64,000 bases of DNA from Candidatus Fervidifonticultor sextus (GTDB lineage Bacteria; Sysuimicrobiota; Sysuimicrobiia; Sysuimicrobiales; Humicultoraceae): contig JAVKHQ010000002.1 of assembly GCA_031459875.1 (NCBI GenBank), positions 41,965 through 105,964 of the forward strand. The letters are read 5' to 3'. Positions within the stretch are counted from its first letter, which is position 1, and the number at the start of each line of letters is the position of its first letter. The translations under genes were made by a program, and so were the position numbers. Below the pieces are notes generated by a model. That model did no database searches and was not told the DNA's origin. It saw nothing but the letters and a program-made list of their open reading frames with translations. This document shows positions 28,643-37,918 of this stretch, piece by piece.

Positions 28643-29869
28643 CTATCCTCCTGCGCTGGCCTCGGTGGTGTCCTCGCCGCCGACCTTCTCCTGACCGCCC
28701 TTCGCCATGCCCACCGCCGCCATGGCCTTGATCTGCTCCTGGTACTGCCCGCGATAGCGGAAGCCGTGCGACCGGTCGGGGCGGTGCTGAATCTTCTCGG
28801 CCACCCAGGCCTGGTATCCGGCCCGATCCGCCTTCCACATCTCCCACTGGCTGGCGTTGTCGGTGAACGCAGACTCGTTCACCATGGTGATGCAGTGATC
28901 GATGGGGCAGACCGCCTCACACACGCCGCAGCCGCAGCAGGCCTCCATGTTGGCGTCGTAGAGCCCGTCGGGTGTGACGTCGAAACAGGAGTCCGGGCAC
29001 TGCAGCCAGCACAGCGTGCACTTGATGCACTTGTCGAAGTCGACCACCGGCCGCATGGTGCGGGTGCTGAACTTCTTGAAGTAGGGGTTGCGCGCCGGCC
29101 GGTAGCCTCCGACCTGCCCGGTGACGGGGTCGGCGATCCCGTTGCCCATGGCAATGCTGCGGATCGTGACGCCCTCGGCCATCTCCTTCCATCCGGGCAG
29201 GACGAACGCGTAGGGGGTGTCGGTGACCCCGACCCCCGCTGGCACCTCGGTGACCTCCACCCGCTCATACGCCTTGCGGGATGAGAGCATCTTCAGTTCG
29301 TCGTTCCACTCCTCCAGGATGGCCTGCTCGACCGCCTTGAGCCCCACCATCTCGGGGACCAGCCTGGCGATGGTACCCAGCAGCCGCACATCGGTGTGGT
29401 CGTCCTTGTAGACCCACAGGCCGGAGAAGCTGGGGATCGCGCGCAGGACCGCCAGGTGGTAGGGGGCGTCCTTGGCGTGGATCATCTGGAGCAGGTCGTC
29501 GAACCCCAGCATGGAGGTCACGATCAGGTAGCCACCGGGATTGAGGAGCCGGTTGATGGGCTGCAGGCCGTACCAGGCCCACGACTCCACGCCCTTGCAC
29601 AGCGTGTCGTCCACCGCGATGGTGACGTCCACGTGCTTGGGCTCGTACTGGGCCATGCTCTCCTCGAGGGTCTCCTCGTCGGGGGCGATGATGGCGAAGT
29701 TCTTGGCCGGGATGCCGTTGCGCTCCGGCGAGTCGCCGTACCGCCCGAAGGAGATGCCGGTCTTGCCCTCCTTGGAGGCCGCCAGGACCAGTCCGCGGCT
29801 GATGTGCTTGGCCAGGGTCTTCTGGAAGATCCCGCGGTAGACGATTTCCACCGCGTAGCTGCGCCTCAT
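28643..29869 (-). CDS. Fused gamma plus ferredoxin (delta) subunit of 2-oxoacid oxidoreductase
   Basis: YGDSPERNG; RTMRPVVDFDKCIKCTLCWLQCPD; CCGCGVCEAVCP. Confidence 0.88.
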   Translation of the reverse strand: MRRSYAVEIVYRGIFQKTLAKHISRGLVLAASKEGKTGISFGRYGDSPERNGIPAKNFAIIAPDEETLEESMAQYEPKHVDVTIAVDDTLCKGVESWAWYGLQPINRLLNPGGYLIVTSMLGFDDLLQMIHAKDAPYHLAVLRAIPSFSGLWVYKDDHTDVRLLGTIARLVPEMVGLKAVEQAILEEWNDELKMLSSRKAYERVEVTEVPAGVGVTDTPYAFVLPGWKEMAEGVTIRSIAMGNGIADPVTGQVGGYRPARNPYFKKFSTRTMRPVVDFDKCIKCTLCWLQCPDSCFDVTPDGLYDANMEACCGCGVCEAVCPIDHCITMVNESAFTDNASQWEMWKADRAGYQAWVAEKIQHRPDRSHGFRYRGQYQEQIKAMAAVGMAKGGQEKVGGEDTTEASAGG

Positions 29870-29912
29870 CCTCGACTCCCCCTCACCCTCGTCCGCGTGC
29901 CGCACCGCCCGG

Positions 29913-30668
29913 TCACCGTCGCGGGGCCCCGGCGCCCACGGGCTGGCGCTCGGACAGCAACATCTCCTCGATCTGCTCCAGGTGGTTGAGCATGGCCTGC
30001 CCGGCGGCCTCGGCGTCGCGGCGGCGGATCGCTTCCAGGATCTGCCGGTGCCCGCGCAACGAGCGCTGCGGCCGGCCGCGCCCCTGCAGCGACCGCTCGC
30101 GGCCCTCGCGCAGCAGGTCCATCAGGACGTCGATGACCCGCAGGACCACCTGGTTGCGCGACGCCCGGGCGATCAGGTCATGGAAGGCGCTGTCCTCTTC
30201 GATGGCCAGGCCGCCGGCCTCGACCTTGGCCGCCTGCCGGGCCAGAATGGCCTCCAGCGCCTGGATCTCCTCGGGGGTGGCGTGGCGGGCAGCCTCGCGG
30301 GCAATCGCCGGCTCGATCATCTTGCGCACGGCGAGCAGGTCGGCGAGCAGGTCGCGCCGGGCCAGCAGGGCCGAGGCCAGCGGCGCCACCAGGTTGTCGG
30401 TGGAGAGTTCCCGGACCACGGTCCCCTCGCCCTGCCGCGGCTCGAGGAGCCCGGCGACCTCGAGGGTGCGGATGGCGTCCCGGACCGACGTGCGGCTGAC
30501 ACCCAGCGCCGCAGCCAGCTGGCGCTCGGGCGGCAGTTTGTCCCCGGGCTTGAGGCGGCCGTCGGCGATCAGGCGGCGGATGCGCGAGGCGACCTCCTCG
30601 TGGACCTTCGTCCGGCGGACGGGTTCCAGGGAATCCTTCAAGCGGTCAACCCGGGGTTCTTGACCCAT
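29913..30668 (-). CDS. FadR/GntR family regulator
   Basis: GDKLPPERQLAAALGVSRTSVRDA; FCD domain DSAFH, H..I..AI..RD, M..HL. Confidence 0.92.
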   Translation of the reverse strand: MGQEPRVDRLKDSLEPVRRTKVHEEVASRIRRLIADGRLKPGDKLPPERQLAAALGVSRTSVRDAIRTLEVAGLLEPRQGEGTVVRELSTDNLVAPLASALLARRDLLADLLAVRKMIEPAIAREAARHATPEEIQALEAILARQAAKVEAGGLAIEEDSAFHDLIARASRNQVVLRVIDVLMDLLREGRERSLQGRGRPQRSLRGHRQILEAIRRRDAEAAGQAMLNHLEQIEEMLLSERQPVGAGAPRR

Positions 30669-30677
30669 ACGCTGAAG

Positions 30678-30741
30678 ATTGGTCCAATGGTCCAACATCT
30701 GCCCGCAAGAGAAGTATGATGCCCGGGGGAGGGCGTGTCAA
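30678..30741 (-). promoter_or_regulatory. Promoter and FadR-type operator of the oxidoreductase operon
   Basis: TTGACA(30741-30736)-17 bp-CATACT(30718-30713); ATTGG-T-CCAAT palindrome and GGTCCAA repeat at 30678-30695. Confidence 0.75.
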
Positions 30742-30898
30742 GTGACCCCGGCGCTCACACGCCTTTAGGCAGAGGGGGCGGGTAACTGGAGAGGAATGCG
30801 CTGAGGTTGGATGCTCACGCTGGACGCCTTGCCGCTCAGGACCCGGTGAATGTTCTGCTGGATACTTCGGCGGCCTGCAACCGGTGAACGGTCGCCGA

Positions 30899-30946
30899 GG
30901 GGTCATATTACCCAGGCTGAGTTTCCCCAGCCTGGGGGGTCATATT
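30899..30946. repeat. Hairpin flanked by 11-bp direct repeats
   Basis: GGGGTCATATT at 30899 and 30936 around CCCAGGCTGAG-TTTC-CCCAGCCTGGG. Confidence 0.75.
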
Positions 30947-30966
30947 CAATACATTCGGTGGCGACC

Positions 30967-32247
30967 CTACCGCCCGACCATCCTCCCTCCCGACGGCCCC
31001 CGTGTTGCTGGCACGCGATCCCGCGGCAGACCGTAGGCACAGCAGGCGGCGACCAGGCCGCCGACGCCCAGCGCCCCAAACGCCCAGCCCCAGGTGGTCG
31101 CCACCACTCCCGGGGGATTCGTGGCGTCGAGGATGGCCCCGAAGACGAGCGGTGCCGCGGCGCCGGCACCGAAGCCCAGGATTGACCGCACCGCCAGCGC
31201 CGCGCCCAGGTAGGCGGGGCGCACCGCCTCGGTCAGCGCCACCGAGAGCACAGGCGAGTCACCCAGCGCCGCAAATCCGTACAGCGCGCCGACGAGGGCC
31301 AGGACGGCCAGCGGCGCGGCGACCAGCCACCCAAAGACCAGTGAGCAGCCGGCGCTGGCGGCGGCCAGCGCCAGCAGCACGGTGCGCCGTCCCAGGCGGT
31401 CGGAGAGGTGCCCCATCGACGACGAAGCCAGCAGGCCCATGACATGGAATGCCGACGCCAGATACGCGCCCACCTCGGCGGACCTGACGGCCGCCGCCCC
31501 TGCACGGGCCAGGCTGGCTGCGACAAACGCCGGCGCCCAGGCCCACATGCCCAGCAACTCCCACGAATGGAAGACGTAGCCGGCCGTCAGGCGGACGGCC
31601 TGCGGGTTGCGGAAGACCTCGGTCTGGACGCGCAACGTTGCATGCCGCGGGTGTACCACGTTGGGCGTCGAGCGCAGCGCCAGCCACGCGACCACCAGTC
31701 CCAGTACAGGCCCGGTGGCTGCTGCCATGAATGCGAGGGGGTAGCCCCCGCGGGGCAGCATGGCCCCGGTGAGGAGCAGCGACGCGGCGTGGCTCAGCGA
31801 GGAACTGGCGATCAACCAGCCCATGGCGCTGCCGCGGGTCTTGGGGGGAAAGCGGTCCGCGATAAGCATGATGGCTGTCGTGTACGTCCCGCCCTGGGCC
31901 ACTGCCGCCAGCGTCAGCAGCACGAGACCGGAGGCATAGGACCGCGCCAGGGACGCGAAGGCCAGTGCTGTGGCCGCGCTGGCCACCGCCGAGGACAGGT
32001 AGACGCGGCGAGCGCCGACCCGGTCGGCCAGCCACGAGAAGGCCAGCAGTGAAACGGCGTAGCCGACCTGAAACCCGGTGGAGACCGACCCCGCCTGCGT
32101 GCCGGACATATCCCACGCGACCCTGAGCACCGGCAGAGACGCTGCGTAGGTCATGAAGATCAGGGTCGTGAAGAAGCGCGCGCTGCACAGCCCCAGCAGC
32201 CACAGGTCAGGCCGGTCTTGGGAGTTCACGGCATGCGCCTGGGCCAT
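30967..32247 (-). CDS. MFS transporter
   Basis: WLADRVGARR, GHLSDRLGRR, HSWELLGMWAW, GDSPVLS. Confidence 0.9.
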   Translation of the reverse strand: MAQAHAVNSQDRPDLWLLGLCSARFFTTLIFMTYAASLPVLRVAWDMSGTQAGSVSTGFQVGYAVSLLAFSWLADRVGARRVYLSSAVASAATALAFASLARSYASGLVLLTLAAVAQGGTYTTAIMLIADRFPPKTRGSAMGWLIASSSLSHAASLLLTGAMLPRGGYPLAFMAAATGPVLGLVVAWLALRSTPNVVHPRHATLRVQTEVFRNPQAVRLTAGYVFHSWELLGMWAWAPAFVAASLARAGAAAVRSAEVGAYLASAFHVMGLLASSSMGHLSDRLGRRTVLLALAAASAGCSLVFGWLVAAPLAVLALVGALYGFAALGDSPVLSVALTEAVRPAYLGAALAVRSILGFGAGAAAPLVFGAILDATNPPGVVATTWGWAFGALGVGGLVAACCAYGLPRDRVPATRGPSGGRMVGR

Positions 32248-33582
32248 CCGCCGCACTCAACCGCACACACCTGCCACTCGCCTGGAACCCCCTTGAGGGC
32301 GTGCCGGCCTCGCTCTTGGAACAGGATCCCCGAACCGGCCACCAGATCCCTGACCGTGCTGGAGGCCAGGACCTCCCCCGCGCCCGCCAGCGCCGCGACC
32401 CGGGCGCCAATGTGCACGGCGATGCCACCGATGGTGGAGCCCATGACCTCCACTTCTCCGGTGTGCAGGCCCGCTCTGATCTCGATGCCGAGCCCGCGCG
32501 CCGCGTCGCGGATAGCGCAGGCGCATCGGATCGCTCTGGCCGGTCCGTCAAAGGAGGCAAGGAAGCTGTCGCCGGCCGTATCGATTTCCCGCCCCCGATA
32601 CCGCCGGAGTTCAGCGCGCACCACAGCCCGATAGCGTTCGAGGAGATCCCGCCAGCGGCGATCTCCCATCTCCGAGGCCCGCTCGGTGGATCCCACGATG
32701 TCGGTGAACAGGACGGTGGCCAGGATCCGGTCGGGCTCGGGAGCCGGTGTTGCCCAGGTGAGGAACTCCTCGATTTCGGTCAGGATGGCGTCCTGATCGC
32801 CGACAAACGGGAGGTGGTCCTCGCCGGGCACCTCCACGAGCCTGGCCCCGGGAACGCGCTGGGCCATGTACCGGCTCGCCTCGACGGGCAGTGTCACGTC
32901 GCCCGTCCGGTGGATCACCAGCGTCGGCACCCGGATGGTCGGGAGCACGTGCCTGATGTCGATCTGGTAGTTCATCCGCGTCAGCGCCACCACGGCACCC
33001 GGGCTCGCGCTCCGGGTCAGGTAGGTTGCCCACCACTGCCTGAAGCGCTGGTCGCCCGCCAGACTCGGCGCGCGGAGGTCAAGCAGGACCGGTTCTCCCC
33101 ATCGCTCGCGGATCTCCCGCACGAGGGCATCCAGGTGTTCCTGCGTGGCGCCCCACGGGTAGTCCGGTGCCCAGGCACGGCGCGCATACGACCCGTACAT
33201 GACCAGCGCCAGGGTTCTCTCGGGGTGCGTGGCCGCAAACAGCGCACACATCGGCCCCCCCCTCCGAGATGCCCAGCAAGGCAGCCCGCGGCGAGCCCAC
33301 AGCATCCATGACCGCCCGGACGTCGTCCATGCGCTGCTCGAGCGTAGGGAGTTGAGAGTCCGGAACCCGGTCCGAGAGCCCGGTCCCCCGTTTGTCAAAC
33401 AGAATGAGGCGAGAGAACGATGCCAGGCGGGAGAGGAACCGGGCGAAGGACGGCTCTTCCCAGTAGTAGTCCAGGTGGGACACCCAGCCCATCACAAAGA
33501 CGAGGTCGATCGGGCCGCGCCCGACCACCTGATAGGCGATGTTGACATCGCCGCTGCGAGCGTACCGAGTCTCCGGCTGCAT
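32226..33582 (-). pseudogene. Alpha/beta-hydrolase-adenylate/guanylate cyclase fusion (LipJ-like), frameshifted
   Basis: MQPETRYARSGDVNIAYQ...FDKRGTGLSDR...GISEG, then one extra base in a G8 run (33255-33262) before GPMCALFAAT...LFTDIVGST...GLHTGE. Confidence 0.85.
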
Positions 33583-33614
33583 GCGAACTGACCCCGTCGC
33601 CCTGCCGCCTGCGC

Positions 33615-34895
33615 CTAGCGGCGCCCGACCAGCAGCGGCAGGATCTCCATCCCCCGCAGGTGCCCGAGCGCCCCGCGAGCCGCGGCGGACTCCGTGAACC
33701 GGCCTGCGCCATCGGGCGCGGTCCCGGCGCCGCTGACCAGCAGCGGCACCGGGTCGGCCGAGTGGCCGCGCAGTTCGCAAGGCGTCGCATGGTCGGCGGT
33801 CACCGCCACGACCGCCTCGTCCAGGGCGAGCCCGGGCAGCAACGTGCCGAAGAAGTGTGCGTCGATCTCCTCGATCACGCGGCGCTTGGCGGGGCAGTCG
33901 CCGTCGTGGCCGGGCTCGTCCGGGCCCTTGAGGTGCAGGTATAGCCCGTCGAACTGTGGCAGGACCTCCAGGGCGCGGCGCGCCCAGGCCTGGTAGACCT
34001 CGCTGCGGCCCGCGGCGGCTCGGTGGGGCACTTCCACAATACCCATCCCCAGGTACCGCGCGATGCCGCGCTCGACCGGCATTTCGACGAAGCAGCCGAG
34101 CCGGACGCCGAAGCGTTCGCGCATCGGCGGGACCGAGGGGAGGTGGTCGCCGCCGTCGCGCACCAGGATCAGGTTCCCGGGCGGCTTGCCCTCGGCCCGG
34201 CGGCGGACGTTCACCGGATGGGCGTCCATGATGGCGCGGCTCTTCCAGGTGAACTCGTTGACCAGCGCCGCGGCGGTGCGCGCCTCTGCCGAATCGTCGA
34301 GGGGCACGCACTCGGCTACCTCGTCCTTGAAGGTCGCCAGCGCGACGCCCAGCCCCCCGACCCGTCCGTAGGCGGGGTCGGTGTTGGAGATCTTGGCGCT
34401 GAGGCGTCCTTCGAGGGGGTGGAAGACGACCGCGCAACGGTGCCCGATCGAGGCCGCCACGACCACCGTGGCCGGCGCGCTCTCCAGGCGGATCTGGGCG
34501 GTGACCGCCTCCGCCAGCGCATGGGCCTCTTCCGAGGTCAGGTTGCGGCCCACCCGGCGGTCCAGGATCCGCCTCCCCTCGCCGCCGGTCGCGAAGTTGC
34601 CGCGCAGGGCTAGGTCGCCGTCGCCGAAGGCGAGGTCGGCGCCCAGCGCCTCCAGCGGTCCCCTCCCGGCGTGGTAGACCATCGGGTCATACCCCAGGAT
34701 GGCCGTCACCGCCACGTCCGACTCGGGTGCGATCCCCTCGCCGACGGTCGTGACCAGCCCCTGCTGCCCGGCGGCCGCCAGGCGGTCCAGGTGGGGGGTC
34801 GCGGCCGCCTCCAGCGGCGTACGGCCGCCGAGGGCCGCGATCGGCCGGTCGCCGGCGCCATCCAGGATCACGTAGAGGATCTTGGTGCGACTCAC
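33615..34895 (-). CDS. apgM: 2,3-bisphosphoglycerate-independent phosphoglycerate mutase, archaeal type
   Basis: ILDGAGD...TPLEAAATP, PESD, GRGPLEA, HLKGPDEPGHDG, TADHATP...HSADPVP. Confidence 0.9.
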   Translation of the reverse strand: MSRTKILYVILDGAGDRPIAALGGRTPLEAAATPHLDRLAAAGQQGLVTTVGEGIAPESDVAVTAILGYDPMVYHAGRGPLEALGADLAFGDGDLALRGNFATGGEGRRILDRRVGRNLTSEEAHALAEAVTAQIRLESAPATVVVAASIGHRCAVVFHPLEGRLSAKISNTDPAYGRVGGLGVALATFKDEVAECVPLDDSAEARTAAALVNEFTWKSRAIMDAHPVNVRRRAEGKPPGNLILVRDGGDHLPSVPPMRERFGVRLGCFVEMPVERGIARYLGMGIVEVPHRAAAGRSEVYQAWARRALEVLPQFDGLYLHLKGPDEPGHDGDCPAKRRVIEEIDAHFFGTLLPGLALDEAVVAVTADHATPCELRGHSADPVPLLVSGAGTAPDGAGRFTESAAARGALGHLRGMEILPLLVGRR

Positions 34896-34935
34896 CTGGC
34901 CTCCCCACGAGCCGCCCGGATAGCAGGCGCGGGGC

Positions 34936-35811
34936 TCATCGCGCCAGCGCCGCCACCAGGTCCGGACTCAGTGTGCCCGCGTAGACCTCCTCGGCCGGCC
35001 CGGTCATCCGGATCCCCCAGTTCTCGGCCACCGCCAGCATCAGGTCTCCGCCCGGCGCCGAGACGGTCACCTGGCGGTCGGTGAGACCCTGGCGCACGGC
35101 GGCCGCCGCCACGGCGCTGGCGCTCGTCCCCGAGGCCATGGTCTCGCCGGCCCCGCGCTCCCAGATGAGGATCCGGACGCGGTCGCGGGAGACGACCTGC
35201 GCGAACTGCACGTTGGTCCTCCTGGGGAACAGGGGATGCGTCTCCAGCAGCGGCCCCAGCCGATGGAGGTCCACCAGCGCCAGGTCGGGCACGAAGGCCA
35301 CGCAGTGGGGGTTGCCCACCGACACCGCCGTGATGGCCAGGGGCCGGCCCGCCACGTCGATCACCTCGTCCACGACGTCGCGGGGCGGCCCGGCCACCGG
35401 GATGTCGGGACTCCAGAACGTCGCGCGGCCGATATCCACGGTCATCCGATCCACACGGCCGCCGGCGAGGTGCAGCGTGATGCCCGCCGGGCCGCCCGGA
35501 GTCTCCACGGTGAAGGTGGTCTGCGTGGCGTACCCGTGCTCATAGAGGAATTTCGCGAAGATGCGCAGCCCGTTCCCGCTCTTCTCCGCCTCGCTGCCGT
35601 CGGGATTGTAGATGCGCAGCCCGAAGTCGGCCCGGGCCGCCGGCGCCAGCGCCAGGATTCCGTCGGAGCCGACGCCCACGTGGCGGTCGCAGAGGCGGCG
35701 GATCGCCTGCGGGGTCAGGGCGAAGTCCAGCGCCGCCGGGTCCAGCACGATGTAGTCGTTGCCCAGCGCGTGGGACTTGACGAACCAGTTCCGGCCGGAG
35801 GGCGGGGTCAT
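34936..35811 (-). CDS. dapF: Diaminopimelate epimerase-like protein with Ser at both catalytic Cys positions
   Basis: KSHALGNDY, GVGSDG, NPDGSEAEKSGNG, VGNPHC, WERGAGETMASGTS. Confidence 0.85.
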   Translation of the reverse strand: MTPPSGRNWFVKSHALGNDYIVLDPAALDFALTPQAIRRLCDRHVGVGSDGILALAPAARADFGLRIYNPDGSEAEKSGNGLRIFAKFLYEHGYATQTTFTVETPGGPAGITLHLAGGRVDRMTVDIGRATFWSPDIPVAGPPRDVVDEVIDVAGRPLAITAVSVGNPHCVAFVPDLALVDLHRLGPLLETHPLFPRRTNVQFAQVVSRDRVRILIWERGAGETMASGTSASAVAAAAVRQGLTDRQVTVSAPGGDLMLAVAENWGIRMTGPAEEVYAGTLSPDLVAALAR

Positions 35812-36809
35812 CCTCCGCGGTGCTCCGGCAGGGCTGACGTGGCCCGCATCCTCCCCGGCATCCGGCCCGCCCGCCGCAGCGCACCCTCGATCAGGCGCTC
35901 GACGAGCGCCGGGAAGTCGATCCCTGCAGCGGCGGCCGCTTTGGGGAACAGGCTGCCCTCGGTCAGGCCCGGAATGGTGTTCACCTCCAGCACGACGACA
36001 TCGGTCTCCCGCACGAACAGGTCCACCCGCGCGAAATCCGCGCAGCCGAGGGCACGGTAGGCCCGCAGCGCCACCGACTGCGCCCGCCACACCGCCGCCT
36101 CGGGCAGCCGCGCCGGGCAGATCTCCTCTGCCGCGCCCGGAGTATACTTGGCCTCGTAGTCGAAAAACTCCCGCCTGGGGATGATCTCCACCAGCGGGAG
36201 CGCGACCGGCTCGTCCCGTTCGGGATCGTCGAGGACCGCGCAGGTGGCCTCGGTCCCGGTCAGGTACTCCTCCACGAGGACCGCATCGCCGCACCCGAAG
36301 GCCGCATCCAGCGCCGGGCCCAATCGCTCCGCCTGGCGGACGATGCTCACCCCGATGCTGCTGCCCAGCGCATTGGGCTTGACCACGCAGGGGAAGCCCA
36401 GGGTCTGCTGGACCTCGGCCGCGAGCCGCGCCTCGCGCGCGGGCCGCTCGGCGCGTCCGAGCGCCAGGTAGCCGGGGGTCGGGATGCCGTTGAAGCCCAA
36501 GAGCTGGCGCGACCGGCGCTTGTCCATGGCGAGCGCGCTGGCCAGCACGCCCGAGCCCGTGTAGGGGATCCCGGCGAACTCCAGCATCCCCTGCATCGTC
36601 CCGTCTTCGCCGTAGGGACCGTGGAGCGCGATGAACGCCACGTCGAGGTCCGCCGGCGGGAACCAGGGGCCGCGCGCGGGGATCTCCAGGGGCACCGGAT
36701 CGAACCGGCCGGGGTCCATTGCGGCCAGCACCCGCCGGCCCGACGCCAGGGAAACCTCGCGTTCCTGCGACGGGCCGCCCATGAGCACGCCCACCCGCAG
36801 CCGGCTCAT
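35808..36809 (-). CDS. ddl: D-alanine--D-alanine ligase family
   Basis: MGGPSQEREVSLASG, LHGPYGEDG, GSSIG, FFDYEAKY, RVD, EVNTIPG. Confidence 0.92.
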   Translation of the reverse strand: MSRLRVGVLMGGPSQEREVSLASGRRVLAAMDPGRFDPVPLEIPARGPWFPPADLDVAFIALHGPYGEDGTMQGMLEFAGIPYTGSGVLASALAMDKRRSRQLLGFNGIPTPGYLALGRAERPAREARLAAEVQQTLGFPCVVKPNALGSSIGVSIVRQAERLGPALDAAFGCGDAVLVEEYLTGTEATCAVLDDPERDEPVALPLVEIIPRREFFDYEAKYTPGAAEEICPARLPEAAVWRAQSVALRAYRALGCADFARVDLFVRETDVVVLEVNTIPGLTEGSLFPKAAAAAGIDFPALVERLIEGALRRAGRMPGRMRATSALPEHRGG

Positions 36810-37771
36810 GCCGGGACCTCCTTCACCGGAGCCTCCGTCGGGCCCCGTCGGAGCCGCCAGGCCGCGATGCGCTCGTGGAGCAGGGCTGCGGCGCCTTCGC
36901 TGAGCACGCTGGCAAAGGGGATGACCCGGCAGTCTTTCGGGATCAGGTCGCGGATGCGGTCCAGCACCCGCGGGGCAGCCAGCACGACGTCGGTCTCGCG
37001 GAGAATCCGGACTAGGCCATCGGGCTCCGCCAGGGTTGCCCTCTGCAGCCGCGGGGTCCGCAGCCCGACCGCCGCCAGCGACCGGGCCTTGCTGGTGACG
37101 CCCTCGCGCGTGGCGCAGACGAGGGCGACCCGGATGGTGCGGGGCAGACGCGCCACCTCATCCAGGGTGCGGAAATCAGGGAGCGCCATCAGGCCCACGA
37201 CCTCGGTGCTGCGGACGCGGCTGCGCACGTCCTCGACGTGGAAGAAGGTCGTCGCCACTAGGTCCACCTCGGCGAGACGGCGGGAGATGTCCTCCAGGAG
37301 CACCGGCACCACCGGCACCTCCACGGCCTCGCGCACCAGCCGGGAGAAGTAGGCCAGGTCGACGGGGTTGCACTCCACGAACCCGACGCGGGGGCGCGGT
37401 GCGGTGCGCCGCGCCCCCGCCCTCACGGTGATGGCGGCCAGCAGGTCGTCGAGGCGAACCCCGGCGGCGGTGGCCGCCGCCAGCAGCCGATCGATCTGCG
37501 TGGCCAGCAGGCGCGAGGCGTGCGGCGACGGCGGCCTCCAGACCACATGGGTGCCGCGACCGGGCGCGGCGTCCAGCACGCCTTCCGCCTCCAGGTCGGC
37601 GTAGGCACGGGCGACGGTATTCCGGTTGACCCGCAGGAAGCCGGCCAGGGTGCGCACGGGCGGAAGCCGGGTACCGGATGCGAGGTGCCCCGTCAGGATC
37701 TGGTGGCGGATCTGCGCCTTGAGCTGGTCGGTCAGCGGAATTGAGCCGCGGCGGTGGAGGGAGAGACGCAC
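36806..37771 (-). CDS. GntR (YtrA-like HTH) regulator with large C-terminal effector domain
   Basis: LPPVRTLAGFLRVNRNTVARAY...GRGT; FVECN, TTFFH. Confidence 0.88.
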   Translation of the reverse strand: MRLSLHRRGSIPLTDQLKAQIRHQILTGHLASGTRLPPVRTLAGFLRVNRNTVARAYADLEAEGVLDAAPGRGTHVVWRPPSPHASRLLATQIDRLLAAATAAGVRLDDLLAAITVRAGARRTAPRPRVGFVECNPVDLAYFSRLVREAVEVPVVPVLLEDISRRLAEVDLVATTFFHVEDVRSRVRSTEVVGLMALPDFRTLDEVARLPRTIRVALVCATREGVTSKARSLAAVGLRTPRLQRATLAEPDGLVRILRETDVVLAAPRVLDRIRDLIPKDCRVIPFASVLSEGAAALLHERIAAWRLRRGPTEAPVKEVPA

Positions 37772-37775
37772 GGAT

Positions 37776-37827
37776 CTTGTCCTAATATGATTAGGACAAG
37801 TATGCCCCGGCCCTGCCGTCCTGTCAA
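37776..37827 (-). promoter_or_regulatory. Perfect palindromic operator and promoter of the gntR-ddl-dapF operon
   Basis: CTTGTCCTAAT-ATG-ATTAGGACAAG (37776-37800); TTGACA-17 bp-CATACT (37827-37799). Confidence 0.85.
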
Positions 37828-37918
37828 CGGCGCCGGCTCATGCCACCCGAGAGGCCCCGCGCTTGGGGCACAGAATCGTTTCTTCGAGTCAGCGCCGTCA
37901 GGCGGGCGGAGGGGACCG

